A DNA stretch of 64,000 nt from Heterodontus francisci (lineage: Eukaryota): NCBI RefSeq assembly GCF_036365525.1, contig NC_090379.1, positions 55,677,805 to 55,741,804 on the forward strand. Reading direction: 5' to 3'. Below are positions 13,278-26,060 of the stretch, one piece after another. Numbering within the stretch: the stretch's first letter is position 1; every line of letters begins with the position of its first letter. Made by a program: the position numbers and the translations under genes. The notes below the pieces were generated by a model. That model was not told where the DNA came from, searched no databases, and saw nothing but the letters and a program-made list of their open reading frames with translations.

Positions 13278-13554
13278 CTGAAGAAAAGAAAATATATAAT
13301 GCATTTTGTGAAATCAATTATAATGGAAAACAGTGTAATTTGCATGCCCCATGAGAAACCATTACAGATTTGTCTAATTAGTTCCTATTTTAGGTTGGGA
13401 AAGTACCAAATATTTAGTGAATAAATAATTGCACAGTGTATCCCTGATAATGGTCACTCCCTGTCCTTATTCTTTTTAAATTTACCTTTATCCTGATACT
13501 CCTTTCTCTGCATTTGCTACATGGTTTAAAAACTTTAAGAAATTATGATCTTAC

Positions 13555-13638
13555 TGGCTCACATGGTTTAACGGCACAATCCTTCAGACCACAGTGGCTA
13601 CTATCTGACCAGAAGGGACAAGGCTTCTTTAAATTCAC
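13555..13638 (-). CDS. ERO1A: ERO1A exon 3 (outer active-site/shuttle cysteines)
   Basis: [28 protein letters not shown]; 84 nt. Confidence 0.96.
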
Positions 13639-13732
13639 CTGGAAAGATTGTAGAAACAGTTTAAACAAGTGTAGCAATCACATTAAATAATCAAATTCTT
13701 ATGAATGTTGAAGAAGATATAGAACAGCATAC

Positions 13733-13852
13733 CTTGTAATATCTAAAGTAGTCACTTTCAAGGAGTTCTTGCACTTTGGGGAATAGCTTCTTGTTGTTAA
13801 AGTCTTGAATAGTTTCAACATCACAAATGCAATCATCAAGGTATCCAGTTAC
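13733..13852 (-). CDS. ERO1A: ERO1A exon 2
   Basis: [40 protein letters not shown]; 120 nt. Confidence 0.96.
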
Positions 13853-14282
13853 CTACGGTTAAAGGTTTTAAATAACTATCATCTTTGCAATCTCCTGTAA
13901 CTTGCAAAAGTTCTGACATATAGTCATTGCCCTGGGAATAGACCATTTTTAATCACATTGCTTTCTGAAATAAAATTGCTCAAAAAGGGATACTATTACC
14001 AGCTACAGCTCAACAAAGCAAAGAAAGCCTAATTTCACCCAAGCAATTGGATCGGTTATGGCCTTAATGCTTTGTTGTGCGAGTGCAATTGCTCTGAAGT
14101 TAAATTACAATGCTATCCACAGACCTTGCTCAATGTCAGAAGAAGGTCCATACAGCCGAACAGTATGAAAACTACATTGCTGACTTGGAGAAGTGGGCTG
14201 ATAGCTCAGGCTGCACACAGCCAGAGCAAAATGATAGTTCCATAATCAACTATTTATAGTTTCAGTGCTGTCATATAAAATG

Positions 14283-14680
14283 GAGAAACATAGGAACAAT
14301 AAATAAGCCATTTAGCGCCTTGAACCTGTTCCACCCATTCACTGAGACTGCGGCTGATTTGTGACCTAATTCTTTTGCCCCACATTCCTTAATACCTTTG
14401 GTTAACAAAAATCTAACAATTTCAGATTTAAAATTAACAATTGACCGAGCATCTACTGCTGTTTGTGGGAGTAAGTTCCAACATTCGGCCATTCTTTGGG
14501 TGTAAAAGCTTGTCCTAACTTCAGTCCTTGAAAAATCTGGCTCCAATTTTTAGGTTATGTTCCTTAGTCCTCGACTACCTAACCGTCGGAAATAGTTTCA
14601 CTCTATTCACCCTATCAGTTACCTTTAATATCTTGAAAATTTTGATCAAGTATCCCTTTAACTTTCTAAATTCCAGGGAA
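14283..14680 (-). mobile_element. CR1 LINE 3' fragment
   Basis: RTEVRTSFYTQRMAECWNLLPQTAVDA. Confidence 0.75.
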
Positions 14681-15861
14681 TCCCATTCAGAAGCATGACC
14701 AAATGTCTAAAGTGAGACCGATAAAGATTTGCATACTGGCAATAGGTTGCTGCAGGTACAAAGCTTGCCATTTTTCTATAAGAGCAGACTGCCTGAACTT
14801 CAAGATATCCTTCCTAGTTTGAGTTTTACATTTTTAAATAAGCTGGCTGGTAGATGGATTGCTTTGCAATAGTACAGTGCTAGATTCTCAGCAGTAAGGG
14901 ATAAGAGAACAAAAAATGCTGAATATTTCAGTAATGAAAGAGTGCCGTATCTGTTCTCTAGTGGTCAAATCCGCATCTCCACTAACATTTGTATTTCCTT
15001 TAGCAACAAAGCACATATCAGAAGTGAAGGGCAGTGGAAAAGGTGAAGGAGCTTCTGTTGCAGAATTACTCAAACAGATCTTGATGACAATATCCATAAA
15101 AGTTGCTGGCTTGCCACTCCAGTTCCATAGGACAGCATGGGTGTAGGGAATTTGCATGTAAGAATATTAACCCACACCAAAAATGCAAATATAGAATAAT
15201 ACAGGATGAATTCAAGTCCAGGTTTATGAGCATAAACTATATTTCCTGTCAAAATCCAATTTGGAAGTCTAATAAGGGAAACATTTTTACATCACAACTG
15301 TCTGAAAGTCAATTAGCTGACACTAGGGGCCTGATTTTAACTGCGCAAATGAATAGGTTTTGAATGCATAAAAATCAGTCCCCTTAGGACTTTAAAGAAC
15401 ATTCTAAAAAACGCTCAGTGGCAATGGTCTTTTATTCAATGACTTACAATGGCATCTCAGGGAAGAAATAGCTCAGGTGGCACTGGGATTACGGTGAGGA
15501 AGGCTGTTCACCGACCACATGTGCACTACAGTTGCAACCTGAAGACAGGCAGTACAGTTATGAGTAAAACATTGTTTAAAAATGCAAGTCATTTTATTAT
15601 ACATGAACTTATTTGTAAATTTTGGTCACATTCATAGTGAAAGAAATGCATCATCATCAGGATTTCCAGGTATATCACTGACCTGGTTATTCTTGGCATG
15701 TTATTTTGATTAGATGTTTTTAAATGTCCATTTGTAATTTTTCTGTTTAAAACCAATCTAAACAATTAATTTGGTCTTTTATTGATGGTTGAAAACTAGC
15801 TTTGAACAAATTCATTCTGACTCCCCATTGGACGATCTTATTGTGATTATACTTTACTGCA

Positions 15862-16088
15862 GTTACAGTCTCAGAATAAGAGGTAGGCCATTTAGGACTG
15901 AAATGAGGAGGAATCTCTTCACTCAGAGGGTGGTGAATCTTTGGAATTCCCTATCTCAAAGGGCTGTGGAGGTTCAGTAGTGTGGGAAAATGGAGTTTAG
16001 ATAGAGGATCAGCCACGATCTAGTTGAATGGCGGAGCAGGCTTGAGGGGCTGAATGGCCTACTCCTGCTCCTATTTCCTGTGTTCCAT
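15862..16088 (+). mobile_element. CR1 LINE 3' fragment
   Basis: SLRIRGRPFRTEMRRNLFTQRVVNLWNSL followed by tail ggctgaatggcctactcctgctcc. Confidence 0.8.
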
Positions 16089-16554
16089 GCAAAAATAATA
16101 AAATAATCTTTTTGCTTCACATCACTATGTAGATAAACTGAGATCGAAAACTCACACCATAGATAATAATGGGAATGATTTTGCATCACTACCATATTGT
16201 GGCATAAAAAGAACTTATCCCTATTAAGAAGATTTAGAGTTTATTTCCAACCAATATGTTTCACTACACTATAAAAAAAGGTCTGTGTTTTAAGAAAAAA
16301 GGATTATTATTTTAGTATCTAAAATGTACAAATAAGTGTACCTTAAATGAACCTACAGTTAAAATTGATGTCACCTTTACTAAATCCATGAAACACAGCA
16401 AGAAGAGAATGGTGTTTGTTTTACTGATGAAAATTCATTAACAACTTGTATTAACTTAATAACTAACACATTATCCACATTAAAATGCTCATAAATAAAT
16501 GGAAGAATTTTAAAAATAAGCATTATGACATCCAGTTTTGATTTTAAAATTTCC

Positions 16555-17200
16555 TGATATGGCCAGGCGAGGAGGGGGTCACAGGCTCCCATCGTCCTTC
16601 CGCTTATTTGACCACAAAAGGGTTTATTCCTTTTTAAACAGTGGATGTGTTTACCACCTCAGTGAATGTTTTACCTTTTACCTTTGTTGTGATTGTGAAA
16701 GAACCAATTGGACAGAGTTCCTTGGGATTAAACAAGAAAGTGGTGAGTTTATTATACTTAACAATCTGAATCTGATCTAAATAAAATAATTTTAAAAAAA
16801 ATATACTACACATTCATGCCCACACGAACATGACAAACTCTCTCACACACACAAATAGGTTACAGAGTAAGAAGTAGATTTGTGGTTGGATCAGAATAAA
16901 TAAAAAAACTAATGCAGTCTGTGAGGTTGGATGATTCTGTGGCCTTCTGGCTGAAGTTGTATTCTTGAAGTCTCTGGCTGGTCGAAGTGCACTTTGTGGT
17001 TGGCCCAATTGGCTCAGGGTTTTTTGGAGGCAGACTTGTAGGGGATTCTCTTCCACTGGTGTCTCTGTCTGTAACAATCTGTAAGCTCAGAGAGTCCACA
17101 GTCACAGACGGTTTTCAAACTTGTGCTGTTATCTGGAGAGCGTGCGAGGCAGGAGTGCACGCGAGAGAGAGCGAGCACTTAGGGACGCCACTCATTGGCT
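16555..17200. mobile_element. LTR-like repeat, related to 27712-28506 (right end uncertain)
   Basis: Shares aaacaagaaag..gtttatt and other motifs with the 27712 LTR; begins TGAT. Confidence 0.5.
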
Positions 17201-18601
17201 CTTGAACTAGGCAATTTTTCAGTAGTGTTTTTGGAATTTCAAGAAAACATGATATGCCAAATGAGGAAGTTTAATTCGTCGGTTGGAAACTTACATAAAA
17301 CCTTTAAATAAAAAAAATCCGACAGTTAACTTAAAAAAAAGCTGACCACAAGATGGCCACCACAATTTGCATTTGAGCACCTTACACATTCCAAGGCCTC
17401 CAACAGAAGACACATGTCTGATGAGCCTGTACCCAAAACAATGGCTGGCTCTAGTGATTGAATTATCTAAGATGGCTTTCATTAGCACGGCAATCAAGGC
17501 CATCCTGACACATTGACATTGAAAGAGCAAACCACTTCAAGTGCAACTATTGGTATCCTGAAGAGATGGAAACCCCTCAACTTGAATCTCATTAGAATGT
17601 TCCAGAGAATACATTGAGGCAGTCGTCTGACCATCTGTCCATCTCTGTGAAAGCTGGGAGTTTCCCTTGGACAAAGACGACAGGTCAGTGACTGAAACTG
17701 TGCAGAGGCAGAAGGGCTGATTCTCTCTCTTGCGTGCGCTCTCTCTCTCTTGCGCGCGCTCTCTCTCTCGCGCAAGAGAGATGGCAACAACTTGCTTGTA
17801 TTTTGTGCCTTCAGCATAGTAAGATATCCCAAAGCACTGGGTTCACGAAGAAATATTAGGACAGGCTTAATCAAAGAGGTGTGTTTTAAGGAGTGTCTTA
17901 AATGGAGAAGAGAGAAGTGGAGAGGTATGGAGAGGAAATTCCAAAGCTTGGGGCATAGGCAGTTCAAGGTACCGATGTCTCAGGAGACAAAGTTGTGAGA
18001 CTCTTTGGGCAGGGAATGGAGGGTGTCTCACAAATTTCAGTTGGACATCGCATGAAATGTACCTTCAGTCCGTTAACAGGCCAGGTATAAAAATAACGGT
18101 GGTCCTTTGCATCTCTGGACTCTTTTTAAATCTACCAGTAATTAATTTAAATCGTTATATCCATACTCTCTAAACACTTAAAGTCTAACTGTTGCTCTGC
18201 ATACACAAGTCACCACATCATCCAGAATTTGAGTTCCAACCAGACCATGTAAACTGGGCATGGCACAGCTAGAACCAATAATACAGCTACTGGACTGAAC
18301 AGGTTAATCAGAGTTCTGGCTCATGGTCACAATCCAGTGTTCCATGCTAAACGGGTACGGATGTCCACCAAAGATGGAATTGGATATGGTTGTGATGCCC
18401 CCTCCCCAGTCAAGTCTGGCTAACACTCACCATCTAGGTTCACTTTACCCAAGCAGTTAGTACCTTCAGAAAAAGTGGGCATAAAAAAGGAAAATATTGA
18501 TCCAAAGTGTTCTCAATATATTTTAGTTGAAGCACTGCAACCCTACCAGTGGGTATGGAATTCTCTAGCTTGGTGACTCTCAAACATGATTTCAAAATGT
18601 A

Positions 18602-19456
18602 TGTTACAAAAGTGCCTCTGTGTTTTGTTAAATATATTTTTTGAGGATTCATTTTTGAAAGATTGAAGAAATTTTGGAGTTTTCAAACAGGGTCATGTAA
18701 AGGCCACTTGACTTTGAAAATCAGTCCCTGGAAATGTCTTTTTAAAAGGGTCACTGAGAAGTCTTGAGGAAAACAAGCCATTCCAGGAAACCATCTGATT
18801 TCCAGCTTAATAAACAACACATAACTTTGGAAACATGGAGAAGTTGTTTACAAAGAAGTGACAGGTCAGGACTGATGGAGATCAAAAGGTGTTGACCTCC
18901 TGTTGTCGATTTTGCTTTTGAATTGTTTTGAGTTCAGGTTGAACTGCACAAAAAGGGAGAACTTCCAAGGAGAAAAGAAAATTCCCAAGCAAGGAGAAAA
19001 GACCACAACACAGCTCAGCTTTCCAGCACCTCTCTAAAAGACCCTGAGAAGTCCACTGTGTCAACTCATTTCATCTCCTGTCTTTAAAGAAAAGCCTGCT
19101 AAATTAATTTGCAATGCCGCCTGAAAAGAACTGTTCCAAAAGATCCCAGTGACTCAGTGTACTTGGAGGCAGACTGTATGCCAGTTTTGGAACACAACAT
19201 ATCTCATTTGCTGTTTCTTCAAGAATGAGCAAGTATTCAGCTCGTGTTTTTTTTGGTCTGTTTTAGAACTCTAAACAAAAATCCCTTTTTTTCTAGTTAA
19301 CCAGTGTATGTGCGTGTGAGGGGCTAAGGTAAAACGGGAACTTTAAAATTTCAATTTGCGTGTTTGTTTTACTTCATTACTGGTAAATATATGGTGCGAA
19401 CTGTAGAGAAGTGGAACTAAAATAAACAGTACATTCCTGCCACCTTGGTCATAACA
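18602..19456. mobile_element. Solo LTR (~855 bp)
   Basis: TGTTA...TAACA termini; near-perfect 4-bp TSD tgta/tgca. Confidence 0.7.
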
Positions 19457-19957
19457 TGCATCAGATATTCTTAGTAACCAAAATAAATGTGATTTCACCC
19501 ACTTCGCTGAAAGGTGCTTGGCAATTTGTAAATGTTCATACACACACACACACCCCAACCAGTTGTAACTACATGCGAGAAGCCCGTAAGTAGTGCCGGG
19601 TGTCTTTTTTGCCTTTACTCTGACACCGGAGATATGCCGAGTCATATCGCATTGCCTACGTGCTCAACCAACCGTTCGCATCTCGGAAAGAGGGAAGGTC
19701 GTATCTTAGACAAAAGCAATATCAGCGCGGTACCCCGATCACATCCAAACTTAAAACACCAGCATCGAACAGAGAACAAACTGGCCTCGCACTGTACCGA
19801 ACAAATATCGACTTAGCCACACTGCTGTCCAGGGGACCTCTCTAACGAGTAACAGTAAGATTAACAATGTTCTTCTACACCGGTCTGATAAATCCTCTCA
19901 CATTCACAAGAAAGAAACAACGCTGTATATATTTTTTTTTAAATCACCGTCTGTTAC

Positions 19958-20062
19958 CTGATAGGAACATTTCTGGGCATCCGATTGTATCTTTAAAGTA
20001 GCGTCCTGTTTATTCCAGACTGGAAATATACAGACCAGCAGCAAAAAGAGCAAAGCAAACAT
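19958..20062 (-). CDS. ERO1A: ERO1A exon 1 (start codon, signal peptide)
   Basis: MFALLFLLLVCIFPVWNKQDATLKIQSDAQKCSYQ|gtaac; in-frame TAA just upstream of ATG; CpG-richer context. Confidence 0.88.
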
Positions 20063-20149
20063 TATAAGAACCACTTATTCTTGTTTTATATGGTTAACTA
20101 AATTGTTCCAATACAAATTCTGCAAAATGTAATTGTTGAGAGCACCGGA

Positions 20150-20520
20150 GTGATTAAACTCGACTCATTGAAAGTTTGCTGTTAAAGTCGAAACTCCGCC
20201 TTCCTGTAAATTTCACGTTTACTTCCTCGTGTGTAACACTGAACTCACACGTCGCAATAATCTTCGACCAGAAATATCCAAGAACCTCCGGTGGCGGCAC
20301 ATTTTATTTTATAATAATATGTGTTGTGATGTGTTGCATGCAATTGTTTAACTTGCCGAATATTACCATGTGCCTAGTACCGCACTAAAAACAGGGAGCT
20401 GGGAACGGCAGAAGGGACAACTTCCTTTCTGTATTGTGAGGACGTTGATTACGTGTTTGTTTGACTCCAGTTGCTGGAATCAGACTCTTGAGCTGGCAAA
20501 AGTGCGATTTTTGAAATATT
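20150..20520 (-). promoter_or_regulatory. Putative ERO1A promoter
   Basis: CpG-containing region upstream of exon 1 with ETS-like CTTCC and RCGTG motifs. Confidence 0.45.
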
Positions 20521-20677
20521 TGTTTGATTTACAGGTATACAGTCTGATCAATCACATGGCAGTTAGGACTCACACCTAAGTGATTTTGTGTTATCTCCTA
20601 CTGTGCTCCATCGAAATAAGCAACTGAGGATTCTACCTTAACCCGAGTTGATTGACTTCCTGCAAATGACGTTGAAT

Positions 20678-20800
20678 CACTGACCTGAAACGTTAACTCT
20701 GTTTCTCTCTCCACTGATGCTGCCAGACCTGCTATTTCCAGCACTTTGTTTTTATTTCAGGTTTCCAGCATCCGCAGTATATTGCTTTTATTTTATTGAA
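20678..20800 (+). mobile_element. Short Penelope-LTR-like repeat
   Basis: gacctgaaacgttaactctgtttctctctccac..gatgctgccagacctgct, same motif as 34510-34830, 35030 and 62500. Confidence 0.65.
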
Positions 20801-22379
20801 TTATACTTTGTTGGCTCTTCGCTTATACGAGGTGGATTCTGAGAGGAATTATTTCATAATGCTTTCAGTCAAAATACTGGCTGGCTAGCAGTTATTAAGT
20901 TATAATGGATACTTCTACTGCATGATTAAATTCAAGACACCCATTTGATTATTACAGCTGCTTTACAAAATACTTTGAAGAAGCGGGGTGAGAAATTGCT
21001 GGACACGCTGCAGAGAATTTTATGGGGCCTGCAAGAGCAGGAAACTGGTGGCGGAATGAGTTAATTAGGCGGGAGGTGAAATTTCACTTTTCTGACGGTG
21101 GGTTCAAATCTGGAGATTGTCAGCGGTGTGTTTATGGCCGATCGGGCATCATGCTGTCCTGTGGCAGGTTTCTACTTTGAATACATTTACATGCCATGAA
21201 TACTTATTATCTTATAATAAATTAAAATTAAGATCAACCTTCCAGATGAAGTCAGATTAAGCATAGGAATCTCTTGGCACCCGGTTCATGTTCATTTAAA
21301 GGTGATGTGCACCTTGTGCAGTTGTGTCTGAGGTCAGTGGTTTTCTTTCTGGAACTCTGCGAAACAAGGGAGAGCAACAGTGGAATGGATGTTTGGCTGC
21401 AGCTCAGAACTGGCAAGGGTGAATTGGAAGGGGAGGGGTGGGGCGGTGTTTGGGATTTGGATGCTTGGAGGTGTGGAGGAGGGATGCCAGGGAGGCCAGA
21501 GGGTGGGGTTCAGGTGCTTGGAGCTGCAGAGGAGGGCGTCCTGGGTCTCGTGGTGGTGGTTGGAATTCCGGTCAATGAAGGTGAGATGAATAAGGGACCT
21601 AAAGGGCGTGGTCAGTACTATCTACATTGGGGTCCTGTGGGTCAAACTCAGGGTGCTGGCTGGCAGAGGGAACAGGGGGTAGTGCAATTCAGTAGGAGGC
21701 AGGTCCAGTGTCATGGTTGAGTAATCAAAGGTCTCGAAGGACGAGGCACGGGATCAAACGACAACAGTAAGGCTGATGACGGGAGGGTTTCGGGTCAGAG
21801 TAGACATTTTGACAGGGATGGGTATAGGCAGGGGGGAGAGATGGCATGTCCAGTTCAATTGTTATGGAGTCCAGGGTAATGGAGGGAGGTTCAAAGGTTA
21901 CCGAGGGAGGTGCAAGCTTATGTTGGGTGGGTCAAGGGTGATGGGGACAAGCGTGACGGTGACAGGAGGAGAGTGGAAGATGGAGGATTAGGTTTGGAGG
22001 GTAACTTACACCATTTTGTAAATGTCATTGAAAACTAACGTGGGCATGGCAGGACTGCAGATCGAGCTGGGAGGAGGCCAGTGTTTGGGGGGGGGGGGGG
22101 GGGGTGGCGTTGTTGGTGTGGACAATGGGAAGAGCTGAGATACTCACCGTTCATTAGTTCTATGGATGAAAACAATTGACAAACATGGTATCATATTACT
22201 GTCTATCTTATTCAAACAGTTATATTGCTGCAATAACATGTGTCTCATACACCCAATATTCGTACAATCTCAGGAGCAAGAGGAGAGGATGCGACCAGTG
22301 AAGGCTCTTGCCACTCCGCAGTTGAGACAGCACAAGATGGGGAAGCTGCTCAGAATGATGCTATCTGGGGAAGACATCA

Positions 22380-23400
22380 TAGAAGATGGGCACTGGCATG
22401 CCACTGCATCCTCAGGACAAGGACTAACTACCTTCATATGTCAGAGGCAATGCCTGAAACGACTGAGGATGTCCTGGAAAATGGTCACTGAGAGATGTGG
22501 AATTGTTCAGCAAGACCTGCTGCCACATGGATTTAGTGGGAACCCTATGCCAGTGGCCCTCAAGGTGACTGTGGCACTCAATATTTGCGGCAGCGGTCGT
22601 TTCCAGGGCTCAACGGGTGACATGTGGCATATCACAGGCTGCCACACACAGGTGCATTAAGGAGGTAAGCAATGCCCTCTTCCATCGTGCCAATGACTTC
22701 ATTTCTCCACAGATGAAGATAGCCAAGTGGCAAGGTTTTCAGCCTTCGGTGCCATTGCTCATTTCCTTAGCGTGCAAGGGGTCATCGACTGCACTCATGA
22801 GATCATTAGAGCTCCCTGGAAGCAGTCAGCTGCACTTGTGAATCGCAAAGGCTTTCACTCTTTGAACGTTCAACTGGTTTGCGACCACAGGCAAAGAATT
22901 TTGCAGTGTCTGTGCTCATTTCCCAGGGAGCTGTCACGACGTATAAATTTTGCGCAACTCACAGCTCCAAGACTTTTGAGGCCCCAGCCCAGGTTGACAG
23001 CTGGTTCCTAGGTGACAAGGGCTATCCCCTGTGGACATAGTTGATGACACCAGAGAGGCATGCCCAGATTGCAGCAGAAGAGCGGTACAATGAAGCTCAC
23101 GCCTCCACCACTGCCATCATCAAACACTCCATTGGCTTGCTGAAAATGCACTTTTGTTGCCTTGACGGCTCTGGAGGAACTCTGCAGTACACACCACAGA
23201 GAGTATCACGAATAATCATAGTCTGCTGTGCACTGCACAACCTGGCCATCTGTTGCAACAGGATGAGAGAGAGAAGCCGCACTCCTCCTTAGATGAGGAT
23301 GAATTGTATGAACCTTAGGAGGAGGTTTCCTTTACTGGATGCCAGGGCTATGGAAAGACATGCATGAGATACCAGGGACAACCTTATAAATGCACGGTTA
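22380..23400 (+). pseudogene. Harbinger (HARBI1-like) DDE transposase, frameshifted
   Basis: MPVALKVTVALN; ISQAATHRCIKEV; VQGVIDCTH; NRKGFHSLNVQLVCD; GDKGYPL; YNEAH..IGLLK; IIVCCALHNLA, spread across frames with stops. Confidence 0.88.
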
Positions 23401-24032
23401 GCCCAACAGCGAGACACCTACATAACCATTGCCCCTTGGCCTGAACTCCATTGCCTTCCTGAGATGTAGACCTTCCCCTGCTAGCCTCCCTTGCGGAGCA
23501 AACTCAAAACCTACGTCCTCTGCGATAAAAAATTGCACAGGGAGTGGAGTTTTGTTACATGCACTCGCTCATGAATATTGTTACCATGGACATCTGTGCC
23601 GCACTTGGACATGTGTCCATCATCCTACCATGAGCACTAAATCAGATCCTGCTCCATCTTTACAGTGCTTTGAGTGCACCTACACCATTTCAATTAGTCC
23701 AGTTGGGAGTAAACTCGGACAATCTCCTTTACAATGCATACGACCAAGGGCCAGCTGAGCCTGCATGTTAAGCCATGTCCCACAGACTGTTGAGTGCAAA
23801 ACTGGAAACTCACGTGAAAATTCAGTGAAGATTGAACACAAAGACAAAACATCCTCCACAATAAAGGCAATGTCTGTTACTCCTCTGTAACCATCAATGC
23901 TTGCCATTAATTAGCTTTCTGACTAAGCTAGTCCCAAAAAATAACGATTAACTACACATTAATAAAGCAGAAATAATATATTGTGCACTATTTACAAGTG
24001 TAGAACACCTGTGCCACTTTTTTGCTCAGAAT

Positions 24033-26060
24033 TTAAGTTTCCACTTCCTTTCTTGGTGCAACTTCGACAGCAGCAGCTGAGGTGGAGGCAATCTGCTCAG
24101 TGCGCTGCCCTGTTGCCTTGGATGACTGTGGCAGGCGTCCTGTAGAGGTAAGGGGCCTTGAGGGCTCCAACCTACTGAGGAGTCTCTTCACTGCTGCAGG
24201 GGCATTCCCCTTGGAGGAAAGGGGGTCAATTTCGGAGGGGATGAGGAGACGCCGCTCACCTTGGGGGTGTCCTGAGAGGAAGGCCCCAAGGCAGCTGGCA
24301 CACGTTTCTCCTTCATCTGGGTGCACGATGGTACCTGCCTGTCTCCTTGAGGGGAAGGGGCACCTGGAGGGGGGTTCTAGGTGCCTTGCCCCCTCTTGCC
24401 GAGCCATTGCTGCACTGAGCCCATGACTACAGCGATGGAATGCAGGTTGGAGTGCATATGGGTCAAGTGCTCGACCTGGCCCTCCATGGCGTAGGAAGCC
24501 ATGCACTCATATGCCTGGGACAAGGCAGGATTCATGGCTTGCATGGACTCTTCCATCACCCGCATAAGGCTGTGCATGACCTCTGGCATGTTCAACATAT
24601 GTTCCCCAATCTTTTGCTGCATGTCCAGCAGACTTCCTGTGGCTGCGACGAGAGGACCATCATCAGCGTGGGGATCAGCGGGGGCCTAGTCCCCAGCAGT
24701 CCTCCGAGTGTCATCTGACCCAGCTGTCACATTCTCCCTCAGCTGCTAGGATATGTCTATGCCGTGATTACCAGATTGTGATCGTGATTCTATACGCCAC
24801 CTCTCCTTGGACCGTGTGGTTGTGACTGTGCTGGTGGAGGTTGCTATAAAGGCAGGTGACAGTGCATCCTGTAGGGCATTGGTGTCATTGTCCCCAGAGA
24901 CAGACTCCACAGGCTGCTGGATTGTCTGTGGCCTGGTCCTGGGATTGTAGGCACCTGTGGTAGGAAATAAACAGAACCACATTAAGCATCATCACAGTAT
25001 GAATGCATCACATTTTCCCATGGTCCTTCTTTGTGCCCATATGCCACCACAGGATGGTTGCCTCTTCATCCTTACACCGAGCTATTCCAGGCTCACCATC
25101 TGTGATGGCTTGACCTCCATCCTCTCCTGTGAGCTGGATAGCCTCTTACTCCGTTGGCTGAGTCCACCATTCCACCCCCTGTCTTGGCTCTCTCACTGGC
25201 ATTATGCGTTGGTTTTTCCTGCACAACAAAGTGCAGAGTTACTGACATGTCAAGTAATGCCTAACCTCCTTGTCTGCCTGCATCTCCATCACACATACTA
25301 TCCTGTCAGTCGCACACTGCATCCAAACGCACACAGATGCCAAGCTTCCGCATGCTTTGGCTTCAATTTCAATGTAGTACTAAGGGTGATCACGCATTCA
25401 CCCACCTGGCATGGATGCCCACTTGCCGACACAAATTACTGAAGACCAGATGAAAGTCCCATTAAGATGCAGACCTGGCACTTACCCTGGCAATCGGAGC
25501 AGGTTGTTGACCCATTTCCTGCTAAAGCCTGGCTACCTGACCCGAACCCGACTAGACCTGACTATGTGTTGGGTTTGGGTTGGGTCGGGTCTATATTCTG
25601 AGTCCAGCATTCGGGCTCAGGTCGGGTCGGGCTGGACAGTGCTGCCTCCAGGAACTCATGGGATCAGCCTCACCCACAATTCCTCAAAACTCCATCTGCA
25701 GGAATAGCCTGCTGCCAGAACGGATGAATAGGATCACAGATACTACCATTTGGACAAGGTAGAGCACAATGACATGTTTGATATCATTTAATTTATTGCA
25801 ACATTCAGGTCGGGTGCAAAAAAAAATTAAAGGACTCGGGCCCGGGTTCCGGTTGGCTGTGGTCGGGTCGGGCCTGGGTCGGGTTTCAATTCTATACCCG
25901 AGTAGGCCTTTATTTCCCAGGTTCTTGGACGGACCCCAAAGTTGCTCACCTCCTCTGCCACCTCCATCTAGGCCACCTTGGTCAAGCGGCAGGGTCTTTT
26001 GATGCCATCCGGAGGAAAAAGCACCTCCTGCCTTTCCCTGACTGCCTGAAGGAAAATCTG
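24033..26060 (-). pseudogene. Harbinger Myb/SANT-like DNA-binding gene remnant (multi-exon)
   Basis: AVRERQEVLFPPDGIKR..VA*MEVAEEVS..RTW / RKWVNNLLR|gtaag / HNASERAKTGGG. Confidence 0.7.
25522..25912. mobile_element. Non-autonomous DNA element (hAT-like MITE) with GGGTC subterminal repeats
   Basis: Clusters of cccgaacccgac/gggtcgggt; imperfect termini taaagcct.../...aggccttta; splits the Myb ORF. Confidence 0.55.

Noticed and set aside
17720-17780. (CT)n/(CG)n microsatellite and the ERESARKRERAH ORF
   Set aside because: Simple repeat next to an L2 tail; the ORF is low-complexity
22166-23292. Domesticated HARBI1 gene
   Set aside because: Multiple frameshifts and stops plus an adjacent Myb remnant indicate a dead transposon
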